Below, piece by piece: positions 9,821-19,610 of a stretch of 64,000 bases of DNA (positions within the stretch are counted from its first letter, which is position 1; each line of letters opens with the position of its first letter). Source of the stretch: Polyangiaceae bacterium (GTDB taxonomy: Bacteria; Myxococcota_A; Polyangia; Polyangiales; Polyangiaceae). The stretch covers positions 17,260 through 81,259 of the forward strand of contig JAFGIS010000266.1 in assembly GCA_016929495.1 (NCBI GenBank), written 5' to 3'. The notes under the pieces are model-generated. The model saw only the letters and a program-made list of their open reading frames with translations. It had not been told where the DNA came from and ran no database searches. The translations under genes and the position numbers were made by a program.

Positions 9821-11854
9821 TCAATCAGCGATACCGTGAAGATACCGTTGATTCGTGCGCTGATCGACGAACACGAGCGCCTCGAGCTTGCCCGATGAGC
9901 TGGCGAGCAGCAGTCTGAGGTAGTCACGCGCCACGGGCGCAGGGGTCCACCACTCCACGGCCTCAAGCCGTCGCTCAAATGCGACCTTTTCGATACAATA
10001 CATCCGCTGCCCAATGTTCAACAGCGCGCCCGGCTCGAGCGGTGTCTCCACGCGGACGGCCCGGGGCAAAAGCCGTGTAGTGGTCGGGTGCTCTGCAACG
10101 GCTGGCAAGGTCTTACGCACACCGCCCGCAACCCCCGAAGCGGTCGGGCGCACACCATGAGGGTCCGTCTTGGTACCTCGCGTCTGTTGAAGCGACGGGG
10201 CTTTCGACGCCCCTGACTGGGCGACACCCCCGGTCTGAGCCAACCAACGGGTTGTTTGTTCAGTGCTCTGTCTTGGAGACAGAGCACTGAGACGTCGTGG
10301 CCCGGTTTCCTTCAGTTGTTCTCCACTCACCGGGAATAGCGCGCATTTTGCTTCAGGCCGATGGGCATCGAGTAAACGGAACGTCCCCACTCGATCGCGC
10401 CCCAGATCAGCCTCGAGCTCGCTGAGAAGTACAGACAAGGTCGCTTCGTCTCCGAGCCCGGCACCCTGTCCCGCTGCACGCAACAAGTCGAGCTGGCGCG
10501 CAAACGCTTCGGTGAGAGACGTCACCTCGAGCTTCATGCCCAGACTGGGGGCAGCCAAACGCAGCGCCTCGAGCCTGACGCGCAGCACCCTGAGCAGCTC
10601 TTGCTCCCTCCATAAAGCGGCAGCCAACGTGAACTCGAGTATGATCTCCGGAGGTTGTCCGTTGATTGCGGCCACGGCGCGGTCGCATTGAATGACCCAT
10701 CGTAGCCGTTGAGCTGCCTGTCCTCGCCCAGCGAGGCGAGCGCTGAGCCGTGCCACTAGGCCACGTAGCACGAACAAAAGAGGCTCTAAGCCGGCGACGG
10801 GCTCCTCCCAACGGGTCTCTTCTACCACGCTTTCGGGTAGCTCATAGCGAACCAGCGCGTCTCGATCGATACCCTGGCACAGGTCGAGCACCCGTTTGGC
10901 CTCCTCTCCGAGGCGAGGTGCCACGGCTGCGCGAGGCAACCTAGCGAGCTCGCCCACCGTCAGCACGCCGACCCGCGCAAGCCAGGCCACGCGATCGGAC
11001 GAGAGACCCAAGGCAGGGACCGGGAGCTCGGCAATGCTTTTCTGAAGCTGTGCCGGAGAGACGATGCTTTCTGGTTCGTCTGGAGCAGCCCAACGTGCCA
11101 ACGCCTGGGCCAGCCGGGGTCCAACCGTAATGCAGACGTGTGCCGTATGGCCGAGCGCGCGCACTGCCATGCTAAGCTCATTGGCCAATAGCCGCTCTCC
11201 ACCGAACAAATGCGCGACACCTGTCACATCCACCCATACTGTGTCGGGTGCTTCGATGGAAACGTTGGTCCCGAACACGAGCAAGGCCTCGGCGATTCGA
11301 CCCAGGGCGTTGAGTACGTCTTCCTCGTGCAGGGAGCGCACGGCGAGCCTGGTTGAGATGACCCAGGCTTCCCGGAGCGTTTGTCCTTCACGCAAACCCA
11401 GGCGCCGCGCTTCCGCGTTGACGGCCGACAACTGGGTGGTGGCCTCCAACCCGCCTACCGCCCGCGGTTTGCCTGACGGCAATCCGACGATAGGGAGCGC
11501 GAGCTGCTGCCCAGGCAAGCCCTGCGAAGCATCAGAGGATCTACCGGCTCTGTCGAGTAGCACCACGCCCAACGGTAACGGTCGGCTTGAGGCGTCGGCT
11601 CCTGTCTGTCTCTGAGGTCCCCGCGGCTTAGAAAATGGAGGGTCTTGGGTTGGCTCCACCAACTCACAGAGCAGCTCGGGCAGCACAACGGCGGCTATAC
11701 GCCGTTGGTTCTCCTCGCTGGCGTTTTTAGGTAACGCCGCTGTGGTGTCCCTGCCATCTTGCCGCGCCGATCCGTTCCGCGGCTGCGACGCGGCTGCGAT
11801 TCGGTCAGCGTCCAAGCCCAGCGAGCAGAGTGACTCACGCGAACAGCCGGGCAT
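9821..11854 (-). CDS. imuB: ImuB, Y-family DNA polymerase-like mutagenesis protein
   Basis: It shows the IAAVVLPELLCELV start of the Y-family-like palm and the motif VWVDVTGVAHLFGGE. It lies between imuA and dnaE2, and its start overlaps the imuA stop by 20 nt. Confidence 0.8.
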   Translation of the reverse strand: MPGCSRESLCSLGLDADRIAAASQPRNGSARQDGRDTTAALPKNASEENQRRIAAVVLPELLCELVEPTQDPPFSKPRGPQRQTGADASSRPLPLGVVLLDRAGRSSDASQGLPGQQLALPIVGLPSGKPRAVGGLEATTQLSAVNAEARRLGLREGQTLREAWVISTRLAVRSLHEEDVLNALGRIAEALLVFGTNVSIEAPDTVWVDVTGVAHLFGGERLLANELSMAVRALGHTAHVCITVGPRLAQALARWAAPDEPESIVSPAQLQKSIAELPVPALGLSSDRVAWLARVGVLTVGELARLPRAAVAPRLGEEAKRVLDLCQGIDRDALVRYELPESVVEETRWEEPVAGLEPLLFVLRGLVARLSARLAGRGQAAQRLRWVIQCDRAVAAINGQPPEIILEFTLAAALWREQELLRVLRVRLEALRLAAPSLGMKLEVTSLTEAFARQLDLLRAAGQGAGLGDEATLSVLLSELEADLGRDRVGTFRLLDAHRPEAKCALFPVSGEQLKETGPRRLSALSPRQSTEQTTRWLAQTGGVAQSGASKAPSLQQTRGTKTDPHGVRPTASGVAGGVRKTLPAVAEHPTTTRLLPRAVRVETPLEPGALLNIGQRMYCIEKVAFERRLEAVEWWTPAPVARDYLRLLLASSSGKLEALVFVDQRTNQRYLHGIAD

Positions 11855-12623
11855 GGCTCTCTCCCGAGGATAGTCCGGTCACTGACGCCGAAGGCTGACT
11901 CGGCAGAGGCAGAAAGGGTGCCTCTGCTGGTGTCGGCGGCCAGCGTACGAAGCAAGCCCTGGAAATTCGCCCCATTCTGTCTTTGGCAACACGCACGCTC
12001 AGCTGACCCTGAGCCGGCCGACTCAGCTCGAGCCGCAATGCCACAGGAAGGGGTAGTGGACGTGCCGCTAGGACGTCCGTAATGAGCAGCGTCACACAGG
12101 GCGACCCCTGCATACCCAGTGATAGCTGGCGCACGATGCGGGCCCAGCTGCCTAGTCCGATGGGGCGCAGACCACTACCGGGTACACCGACGGTATCAAT
12201 GACAGTAACGGCAAATATCTTCGACCTGGCCAAACGCAGAGCTATCTGCCCCATCGACTCAACCGGAGCTCGAACAACCAGCAACCGCTCGAGAACGACG
12301 CCCGCCTGAGCAACTCCCGGCCCGTATAGCGTACAGGAGGGATCGACGAAGGCGCACCAGGACACATCAGTACCCATCTGCTGCTGCGCCGCACGAACAG
12401 CGGCTAGCGCCACGGAAGTGCCCAAAGCTGCCCCTCCTGCCACCGCCAACTCAGTCACGGCTCCACGTGGCAAGCCATGATCCGGCAAAATGGCATCGAA
12501 TTCGGCCCAGCCCAGCTCAAGCGCCTGAGGCCTGCCCTGCGACGCGAGGGGTTGGTCCAGTTGCGCCAGCCGAACCAGATTGGCAGGAAGTTGCTCGAGC
12601 AGGGCGCGCGTCCGGATGGGCAT
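11835..12623 (-). CDS. imuA: ImuA, RecA/SulA-like SOS mutagenesis protein
   Basis: The segment GLPRGAVTELAVAGGAALGTSVALAAV is the degenerate RecA-type P-loop region typical of ImuA, and the gene is first in the imuA-imuB-dnaE2 cassette. I place the start at the internal ATG at 12623 (MPIRTRALLEQ). The upstream part of the listed ORF (to 12770) runs across an AT-rich promoter-like patch. Confidence 0.7.
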   Translation of the reverse strand: MPIRTRALLEQLPANLVRLAQLDQPLASQGRPQALELGWAEFDAILPDHGLPRGAVTELAVAGGAALGTSVALAAVRAAQQQMGTDVSWCAFVDPSCTLYGPGVAQAGVVLERLLVVRAPVESMGQIALRLARSKIFAVTVIDTVGVPGSGLRPIGLGSWARIVRQLSLGMQGSPCVTLLITDVLAARPLPLPVALRLELSRPAQGQLSVRVAKDRMGRISRACFVRWPPTPAEAPFLPLPSQPSASVTGLSSGESHARLFA

Positions 12624-12629
12624 CGTATA

Positions 12630-12656
12630 CTGAACATAATAGCAGCACTGAACAGA
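12630..12656 (-). promoter_or_regulatory. Candidate LexA (SOS) operator/promoter patch upstream of imuA
   Basis: Directly 5' of the imuA ATG, the minus strand reads CTGTTCAGTGCTGCTATTATGTTCAGTATACG-ATG. There are two GTTCAG half-sites in an unusually AT-rich stretch. The proximal 17-mer CTGCTATTATGTTCAGT matches the Myxococcus-type LexA box CTRHAMRYBYGTTCAGS at about 13 of 17 positions by hand count. Confidence 0.3.
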
Positions 12657-12825
12657 TACGCCACCCGGTGTCCGGACGGAGTATGTCACCCGGAACCGGG
12701 TGTTTGGCCGGCCTACGCAAGTTCCGAAACCAACGCCTCCTCGCGGGCAGCGCACAACCAGGGCCCTCACTTCAGCCGAGCGGCACTCGACAGTGCCATG
12801 GCGTGCCCGATGTTATCTCTCGACC

Positions 12826-13668
12826 ATGCACGACAGCCCGAACGGTTTCGCCCCCAAGCTGGCCGAGCTCCGAGCCCTGCTAAAGAAGCTAGGTTCAGTA
12901 CTGGTGTGCTACTCGGGCGGAACCGACAGTGCTTTCCTGTTGGCAGTCGCCACGAGCGAGCTCGGTAACCTCGCCATCGGCCTCACCGCTCTGAGTCCCA
13001 GCCTAGCCCAGACCGAGCGAGCCGACGCCGAACGCATCGCCCGGTCGATCGGAGCTGTCCATCGGTTCGTCGAGACCCGAGAGTTCGATCTCCCCGAGTA
13101 CACGGCAAACGGTCCGGATCGGTGCCTTCACTGCAAGAGCGTCCTCTACCAGGTCGCCGAAGAGAAGCGCCGAGAGTGGGACCTATCGGTCATCCTGAAC
13201 GGAACCAATGTCGATGACCTGGGCGACTACCGTCCCGGCAACGTGGCTGCCGAGAAAGCCGGGGTCAGGAGCCCGTTGGTGGAGCTCGGGTTCACCAAAG
13301 CCGACGTGCGCGCAGCGGCGCGTTTGCTGGGGCTCGACGTCTGGGACAAGCCGGCGGCCGCCTGCCTGTCCAGTCGCATACCGTACGGCACACCCGTAAC
13401 ACCCGAACGTCTGACTCAAGTCGAACAACTCGAAGCGACCCTCCGTGAGCTCGGCTTCGGCCAGCTACGTGTGCGCTGGCACCACGAGCTCGCGCGGATC
13501 GAAATCGATCTCGTCGAGCTCGAACGGGTGCTGAGCCCAGGCCTACGTGAACGCATCGTCGAGGCCGGCAAGTCATGCGGCTTCGCGTTCGTTACCCTGG
13601 ACCTGGCGGGCTACCGACAAGGCTCTCACAACGAGCTGCTCCGAGGCCGCTCGCTCCGCGTCGTATAG
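12826..13668 (+). CDS. PP-loop ATP pyrophosphatase, LarE/TIGR00268-like sulfur transferase
   Basis: It has the PP-loop SGGxDS (VCYSGGTDSAFLL) and the conserved Cys-containing motif AACLSSRIPYG characteristic of the LarE family. The start is taken at the ATG at 12826 (MHDSPNGF...). No larB or larC is nearby. Confidence 0.7.
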   Translation: MHDSPNGFAPKLAELRALLKKLGSVLVCYSGGTDSAFLLAVATSELGNLAIGLTALSPSLAQTERADAERIARSIGAVHRFVETREFDLPEYTANGPDRCLHCKSVLYQVAEEKRREWDLSVILNGTNVDDLGDYRPGNVAAEKAGVRSPLVELGFTKADVRAAARLLGLDVWDKPAAACLSSRIPYGTPVTPERLTQVEQLEATLRELGFGQLRVRWHHELARIEIDLVELERVLSPGLRERIVEAGKSCGFAFVTLDLAGYRQGSHNELLRGRSLRVV

Positions 13669-13702
13669 AGCGGGCTCGGAGGGGGGCCGTTTGTCGAAGC
13701 GC

Positions 13703-15958
13703 CTACCCGCGTCGCCGGAAGGGTCTGCCCCCCCGGCTGTCCCGATCGCGACCGCCGTCGCGATCACGACCGCGAGGGTTCGGTCCACGTCCGCCGCGTG
13801 GAGGTGTCCCGCCGCTCTCACGGGCCTGAGCGATGCGCTCACGCGCTCGCTCCCCCTCCTCGCCTTCGGGGAACGGCAGAAGCTCTCGGCGGGTCAATCG
13901 GGTCTTCCCTTCACGATCGATGCTGATCACCTTCACGTCGACGACATCCCCTTCGGACAAAACGTCGGCGGGGTTCTCGACCCGCTCGTGCGCGAATTCC
14001 GATACGTGCAAGAGGGCCTCGACATTCGGGAGGATCTCGATGAACGCTCCGAAGTCGACAATCCGCTTGACGGTGCCGCTGTAGACTCGACCCACTTCCG
14101 GTTCGGCTGTCAACCCCTCGATGATGTTGATGGCTCGCCGAACCGAATCCGGATCCACACCTGCGATCGCCACCGTTCCGTCATCTTCGACGTCCACGGT
14201 GCAGCCGGTCTGATCCACGATGCCTTTGATGGTCTTGCCTCCAGGTCCGATGATGAGCCGGATGTGATCGGGCTTGACCCTGAGGGTGGTGATGCGTGGC
14301 GCCCAGCGGTTGACTTCAGCGCGGCTCTGCGGGAGGACCTCCAGCATCTTGCCGAGAATGAACAGACGGCCCTCACGCGCCTGCTGGAGCGCACTCTCCA
14401 GGATGGCCCGGCTCAATCCGGAAATCTTGATGTCCATCTGGATGGCAGTAACGCCGCGCGAGGTTCCGCAGACCTTGAAGTCCATGTCGCCCAGGTGATC
14501 CTCGTCGCCCAGGATGTCGCTCAGAATCGCGATGTCCTCCCCCTCCTTGATCAGGCCCATCGCGATCCCCGCCACTGGCTGTTTCAGGGTCACACCGCAA
14601 TCCATCAGACTGAGGGTGGCACCGCACACACTGGCCATCGAGCTCGATCCGTTCGACTCGAGGATCTCGCTCACGACGCGAATCGTGTACGGGAACTGGT
14701 CGTGTGACGGGATCATGCGCGCCAGAGCTCGTTCGGCCAAAGCCCCGTGACCAATCTCTCGCCGCCCCGGCCCGCGCAGCGGCTTTGTTTCGCCCGTACA
14801 GAAGGGCGGAAAGTTGTAGTGGAGCATGAACTGCTTCCAGGATTCGCCGATGAGAGCATCGATCTTCTGCTCGTCTCCAGCCGTCCCCAGTGTGGTGACG
14901 ACGATGGCCTGCGTCTCGCCACGCTGGAAGAGGGCCGAGCCGTGCGTCCTGGGCAGAAGCCCTACCTCGCAGCTGATGGGCCGAATGGTCTTGGTATCCC
15001 GACCGTCGATCCTGTGCCCTTCTTCGAGCACCATCGATCGAACGACCGTCGCCTTGCGGTGGTCGTACTCGGCTTTGACCAACCTCTCGACCTCCGCCAT
15101 CTTCTCTGCCCCCAGCTCAGCGGTGAGCTGGTCGAGCAATGACTGCTTGTGCGTCGCATAGGCCTCGTAGCGCGCCTTCTTGTCCTTGATGGTCGAGGCC
15201 TCGCGCAACGGCTGGTCCGCAATCACCGCGATACGCGAAGCGATCTCCGGCTCGAGCTGCGGGGCGACGAAGTCCCGCTTGGGCTTGCCGACGGCGGCTC
15301 TCAACCGCTCGATGAGGTCGATGACGGGTTGCGCTTGCTGCTGCGCGAACATCAATGCGTCGATGACGTCGTTCTCCGATGCCTCGGCAGCACCTCCCTC
15401 CACCATGACGATAGCGTCGCGCGTCGCTGCGACGACGATGTCGATGTCGGCCACGTGGAGCTGCTCGAACGTCGGATTCACGATGAACTCGCCTCCCGCT
15501 CGCCCTATGCGCAGGCCCACCACCGGCCCGTTCCAAGGCACGTCGGAGATGTGAAGGGCGGCGCTCCCGGCGGTGACCGCCAGGACGTCCGTGGGGTTGC
15601 GCTTGTCCGAGCTCAGGACCGTTGCAATGACTTGCGTGTCTTTGCGGTACCCCCTGGGGAATAGCGGCCGAAGTGGCCTGTCCATCAGACGCGACGTCAG
15701 CGTCTCACTGTCGCGCAGTCGCCCCTCGCGCTTGAAGAAGCCCCCGGGGATGCGACCGGCAGCGTAGGTCTTCTCGACGTACTCGCAGGTCAATGGGAAG
15801 AAGTCCAGACCGGGTCGCTCCTCGGTCGAGACGGCGGTCACCAGGACCACGCTTTCCCCGTAGCTCACGAGGACCGCCCCGTGTGCCTGCTTGGCGAGCC
15901 TACCTGTCTCGAAGGTCATGGCTTGACCTCCGACCATCACGGATTCACGTACGAACAT
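13703..15958 (-). CDS. pnp: Polyribonucleotide nucleotidyltransferase (PNPase) with an Arg/Gly/Asp-rich C-terminal tail
   Basis: There is a full-length match to PNPase architecture: two RNase PH domains (ETGRLAKQAHGAV..., GETQAIVVTTLG, NGSSSMASVCG), a KH domain (IIGPGGKTIKGI) and an S1 domain (GTVKRIVDFGAFIEI). It lies downstream of rpsO. The start is taken at the ATG at 15958 (MFVRESV). Confidence 0.95.
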   Translation of the reverse strand: MFVRESVMVGGQAMTFETGRLAKQAHGAVLVSYGESVVLVTAVSTEERPGLDFFPLTCEYVEKTYAAGRIPGGFFKREGRLRDSETLTSRLMDRPLRPLFPRGYRKDTQVIATVLSSDKRNPTDVLAVTAGSAALHISDVPWNGPVVGLRIGRAGGEFIVNPTFEQLHVADIDIVVAATRDAIVMVEGGAAEASENDVIDALMFAQQQAQPVIDLIERLRAAVGKPKRDFVAPQLEPEIASRIAVIADQPLREASTIKDKKARYEAYATHKQSLLDQLTAELGAEKMAEVERLVKAEYDHRKATVVRSMVLEEGHRIDGRDTKTIRPISCEVGLLPRTHGSALFQRGETQAIVVTTLGTAGDEQKIDALIGESWKQFMLHYNFPPFCTGETKPLRGPGRREIGHGALAERALARMIPSHDQFPYTIRVVSEILESNGSSSMASVCGATLSLMDCGVTLKQPVAGIAMGLIKEGEDIAILSDILGDEDHLGDMDFKVCGTSRGVTAIQMDIKISGLSRAILESALQQAREGRLFILGKMLEVLPQSRAEVNRWAPRITTLRVKPDHIRLIIGPGGKTIKGIVDQTGCTVDVEDDGTVAIAGVDPDSVRRAINIIEGLTAEPEVGRVYSGTVKRIVDFGAFIEILPNVEALLHVSEFAHERVENPADVLSEGDVVDVKVISIDREGKTRLTRRELLPFPEGEEGERARERIAQARESGGTPPRGGRGPNPRGRDRDGGRDRDSRGGRPFRRRG

Positions 15959-16140
15959 CTGGCTGTGCGCTCCTGGCGCGTGGGCCGCTACGTGCGGCGT
16001 TACGCGGGACACGGGCAGCCTGACTTCAGCCTCGGTGCTCGAGCATGACGCCATGTCGCGTCGCGCCCAAGAAGCGAAGTTGAAGCCACCAGGCGCCAGG
16101 TCCCGGTGTTGTCTGGTCTTCTTGTGTCTAGCCCCAGAAG

Positions 16141-16410
16141 CTACTTGCGAAGGCTGAGTCCTGTCACGATGTTGCGATAGCGCTCGACGTCGGACTTCTT
16201 CAGGTAGTCCAGTAGCCGCCGACGTTGCCCGACGAGCTTGAGAAGTCCTCGCCGAGAGTGGTGGTCCTTCTTGTGGACCTTGAAGTGCTCGGTCAAGTAG
16301 CCGATTCTGTGGCTCAAGAGCGCGATCTGGACTTCAGGTGACCCGGTGTCCGACTCATGGACTCTAAACCGAGCGATTAGGTCCGCCTTGGCGGTTGCCT
16401 CTGGAGACAT
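16141..16410 (-). CDS. rpsO: 30S ribosomal protein S15
   Basis: The 89-aa product ([72 protein letters not shown]) is a canonical S15 sequence, in the conserved rpsO-pnp arrangement. Confidence 0.95.
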   Translation of the reverse strand: MSPEATAKADLIARFRVHESDTGSPEVQIALLSHRIGYLTEHFKVHKKDHHSRRGLLKLVGQRRRLLDYLKKSDVERYRNIVTGLSLRK

Positions 16411-16592
16411 GCGTGTCCTTTCCTCGAATTTCGCGGCGGAGTATACGCGCCGATGCCGGTCGGTCAACTGGAGGCTCGAGCGTGTGCGGTTGCGGAGCCA
16501 ACCCCACGGGGTCGTTCAGTGTTTTCCAGGGCCTCGTCGCTGCCAAAGAACCCACGTTACCGCGAACTGGCCGACCGACCGCTCTGGGAACG

Positions 16593-18380
16593 CTAGGCCC
16601 CGAGCAGGTCGGCGAAACGCGGTGCCAGTGCGTCAGCGATCAACTGCTGCACTCCCTCCGCGGTAACGCACGCGCAAGCCCTGTTCGCGAGCTCTTCGGC
16701 CTCGGCAAGGGAAACGCGACGCAGCGCTTCTTTTACTTGTGGGATCCCTGAGGACTCCATGCTGAGGTCGCGCAGTCCCATGCCAACGAGCAAGGCGGCC
16801 CCCAACGGGTCGTTGGCCATGGCGCCGCACACGCCCACGGGTCGGCTGTGCCGGTCGCCGGCCGTCACGGTCATGCGGATCAGACGCAGAACCGCAGGAT
16901 CGAATGGAGAGGCCAGGGTCGCCAAGGCTCGACTCGTGCGGTCGACTGCCAGGGCGTACTGGACCAGGTCGTTCGTCCCAATGCTGAAGAAGTCCGCTTC
17001 CGCGGCAAAAAGGTCAGCAACCACGGCGGCCGAAGGTACCTCGATCATGATACCCAGAGCGACGTGTTCAGCCTGCGGATGGCCTGCAGCCGCTACCTCC
17101 CTGCGCGCCGTTTCGAGCAGTTTCCGGACGGCGCGCAGCTCCCTCAGCGTCGCTACCATGGGAACGAGGATGCGCAGACTGCCGTGCGCCGAGGCCCGAA
17201 GCATGGCCCTGAGTTGTGGCAGGAACATCTCGGGCCGAGCGAGCCCGAGCCGAATAGCACGAAGCCCAAGCGCCGGGTTGGCGTCCATCGAGGCCGGAAA
17301 CAGCGACGTGAACTTGTCGCCGCCCAGATCGAAGGTACGCAGAGTGACGGGCAGCGGCGCCACCGCTTCGAGGACGCTCCGATAGGTCTCGTACTGCTCC
17401 TGCTCGCTCGGCGGGGCGCCGGGGTCGACCACCATGAACTCGGTTCGATACAGGCCGATTCCCTCCGCCCCCTGCAACATCACCAGATTGGCCTCGCCGG
17501 GCAACTCGATGTTCGCCTGCAGATGGATCGGTACCCCGCACTGGGTCACCGCGGGCATGTCGCGTAGCTCGCGCAAGCCCCGGGTCACGGCTGAGTGCCG
17601 CGCCGCACGCGCCATCGCCTCGAAGATCATGTCCTGAGTCGGAGCCAGCACCACGCGGCCGGAGAGGCCGTCCACGATCAGCTGTTCGGAGGAGCCGACA
17701 TAGGACAAGATGTCTTGGACGCCGACGACCGCCGGGATTTCCAGAGCACGCGCCAGAATAGCGGTATGGCTGGTGCGGGTTCCAACCTCCGTGACGATGG
17801 CGAGCACCTTCTCCCGCGACATGCCGGCTGTCTCGGCCGGGGACAAGTCGTGCGCAATAACCACGGCCGGCTCGCTCAGGTCGGGGAGCACGGCTGTTCC
17901 ACGCTGACCTGCCAGGATCCGCAGGACGCGGTCTCCGATGAACTCGAAGTCGTGACTGCGCTCGGCGAGATACGGGTCTTTCGAGCGGGCCAGCGTGTCG
18001 GCCATCTCTCGCACGGCAGTGTCGAGGGCCCATTCGACACACTGCCGGTCGATAGAAACACGCCTCTCCACGTCCTCTCGAAGGCTCTCGTCCTCGACCA
18101 TCAGGATGTACGCCTCCACGATGGAGGCCTCGGCGCGCGCGGCACCGGCACGTACGTGATCGGCTACCAGCCGCAGCTCTTCTGAGGCTACGGCGACCGC
18201 TTCATCGAAGCGCGCCATCTCTTCCTGCACGCCGTGCTTCGGTATGCGTCGATGGACAACGCCAGGCCGCCGCGTGTCGAGAACTCGCGCCGGGCCTATC
18301 GCGAGACCGGACGAAGCCGCTATCCCCTCGAGCGAGAGGGTGCTGTTGAAACGGCGTACCCGATCGTCTGAAGGCACCAC
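16593..18380 (-). CDS. ptsI: Phosphoenolpyruvate-protein phosphotransferase (PTS Enzyme I, no GAF domain)
   Basis: Enzyme I motifs are present: the active-site His region (GTRTSHTAILARALEIPAVVG), the PEP-utilising domain (GLYRTEF, IGTNDLVQY) and a C-terminal TIM barrel. The likely start is a GTG at 18380 or 18377 overlapping the ptsH stop. The upstream part of the ORF (to 18491) is out-of-frame overlap with ptsH. Confidence 0.9.
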   Translation of the reverse strand: MVPSDDRVRRFNSTLSLEGIAASSGLAIGPARVLDTRRPGVVHRRIPKHGVQEEMARFDEAVAVASEELRLVADHVRAGAARAEASIVEAYILMVEDESLREDVERRVSIDRQCVEWALDTAVREMADTLARSKDPYLAERSHDFEFIGDRVLRILAGQRGTAVLPDLSEPAVVIAHDLSPAETAGMSREKVLAIVTEVGTRTSHTAILARALEIPAVVGVQDILSYVGSSEQLIVDGLSGRVVLAPTQDMIFEAMARAARHSAVTRGLRELRDMPAVTQCGVPIHLQANIELPGEANLVMLQGAEGIGLYRTEFMVVDPGAPPSEQEQYETYRSVLEAVAPLPVTLRTFDLGGDKFTSLFPASMDANPALGLRAIRLGLARPEMFLPQLRAMLRASAHGSLRILVPMVATLRELRAVRKLLETARREVAAAGHPQAEHVALGIMIEVPSAAVVADLFAAEADFFSIGTNDLVQYALAVDRTSRALATLASPFDPAVLRLIRMTVTAGDRHSRPVGVCGAMANDPLGAALLVGMGLRDLSMESSGIPQVKEALRRVSLAEAEELANRACACVTAEGVQQLIADALAPRFADLLGA

Positions 18381-18655
18381 TACTCCCCCTCGCCGAATCG
18401 GTCGTCGATGAGCGCACCGATTTCCGCGACGGCTTGCGTGGCTTGCGGGCCACGTGCCTCGATCTCGAGTTGGCTCCCTGGACAACCACATAGGAGAAGA
18501 ACGCCCATCACGCTCTTTGCGTTCGCGGTCTGACCGTCGCGGCTGACGAGGACGTCACACGCAAAGCGCGACGCTGTCTCGACCAGCCGAGTGGCTGCGC
18601 GAGCGTGCAGCCCGAGCCTGTTTCGAACCGTGAACGTTCCTCGGGCCAGCTCCAT
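18380..18655 (-). CDS. ptsH: Phosphocarrier protein HPr/NPr
   Basis: The 91-aa product has the His15 region (RLGLHARAA) and the Ser46 regulatory motif (NAKSVMGVLLL). It lies between rapZ and ptsI. Confidence 0.85.
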   Translation of the reverse strand: MELARGTFTVRNRLGLHARAATRLVETASRFACDVLVSRDGQTANAKSVMGVLLLCGCPGSQLEIEARGPQATQAVAEIGALIDDRFGEGE

Positions 18656-18656
18656 C

Positions 18657-19610
18657 TCACATCCCTCCGCCCTTTAGCCCCTCGCCGAGCAGGTCCGGCT
18701 CATAGGGCGCCTCGCGGCGGATATCGCGATGTATCACCTCGATCGTCAGGCGAGTCTTCTCGCTCAACCGCCGCGCAAGTTCCTCGGCGATCACGACGGA
18801 GCGGTGTCGCCCGCCCGTGCAGCCGATCCCGATCGTCAGATAGCTCTTGCCCTCGCGCTGGAATCTCGGGAGGCAGAATTCGAGCAGGTCCTCCATGCGC
18901 TGGATGTATTCTGCGGCGTCGCCGCTGCTGAGAACGTAGTCCCGTACCGCAGCGGTGGTCCCCGGGTGCTCCCGGAGGGCGTCGACGAAGTAGGGGTTGT
19001 CCAGGAAGCGCACATCGAACATCAGATCCGCGTCGACCGGCGCGCTGTACTTGAAGCCAAACGACAGGAGCCGGGTACGCATGCGAGGCAGACCATCCGC
19101 CTCGCCGCCGAAGTTCTCGAGGATGCGTCGCCGTAGCTGGTGGATGTGCAGCCCGGTGGTATCGATCACGAGTGACGCCTGCGCGCGGAGCGCAGCCAGC
19201 TGCTCGCGCTCGAGCCGGATCCCATCGACCACGGCTGCCGCCTCGTGTTCCTTGCCTGGTCCGGCCGACGTGCTGAGCGGGTGGGGCCGCCGTGTGCTGC
19301 CGAAACGCCGCAGCAGCGCCTCATCGGAGGAATCGAGGAACAGCACGAGCAGACGGTAGTCCGGTCCTTTGGCTAGTCGAGCCAGGATCTCGTTGACGCC
19401 TTCGAGAAACCCTCGAGCACGGACATCGATCCCCAGCGCGATACGCTGCATCCCCGCTGCCACACAGGCGTCGAGTGTCCGCTCGATGACCGGCGGGGGA
19501 AGATTGTCGACACAGAAGAACCCCAGGTCCTCCAGGGCATTCACCGTGGTCGTCTTGCCCGCGCCACTCAAGCCGGTGACGACCAGGACGAGAGTTGGAG
19601 CGTCGCTCAT
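18657..19610 (-). CDS. rapZ: RNase adapter / nucleotide-binding protein RapZ (YhbJ)
   Basis: It has an N-terminal P-loop (VVTGLSGAGKTT) and the conserved C-terminal CTGGRHRSV motif. It sits in the conserved rpoN-locus position. Confidence 0.9.
   Translation of the reverse strand: MSDAPTLVLVVTGLSGAGKTTTVNALEDLGFFCVDNLPPPVIERTLDACVAAGMQRIALGIDVRARGFLEGVNEILARLAKGPDYRLLVLFLDSSDEALLRRFGSTRRPHPLSTSAGPGKEHEAAAVVDGIRLEREQLAALRAQASLVIDTTGLHIHQLRRRILENFGGEADGLPRMRTRLLSFGFKYSAPVDADLMFDVRFLDNPYFVDALREHPGTTAAVRDYVLSSGDAAEYIQRMEDLLEFCLPRFQREGKSYLTIGIGCTGGRHRSVVIAEELARRLSEKTRLTIEVIHRDIRREAPYEPDLLGEGLKGGGM

Noticed and set aside
13547-14707. Long antisense or alternative-frame ORFs opposite core genes. Examples are 13547-14707 vs pnp, 17068-18042 vs ptsI, 21687-22631 and 23312-24460 vs rpoN/lptB, 33612-34850 vs guaA, 49767-51152 vs the DUF4388 gene, 2025-3239 vs smc, 31290-32339 vs the M16-like gene and 45344-46036 vs the ChaN-like gene.
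   Set aside because: Each lies opposite, or out of frame with, a gene having unambiguous family motifs. Their compositions are typical of GC-rich shadow frames.
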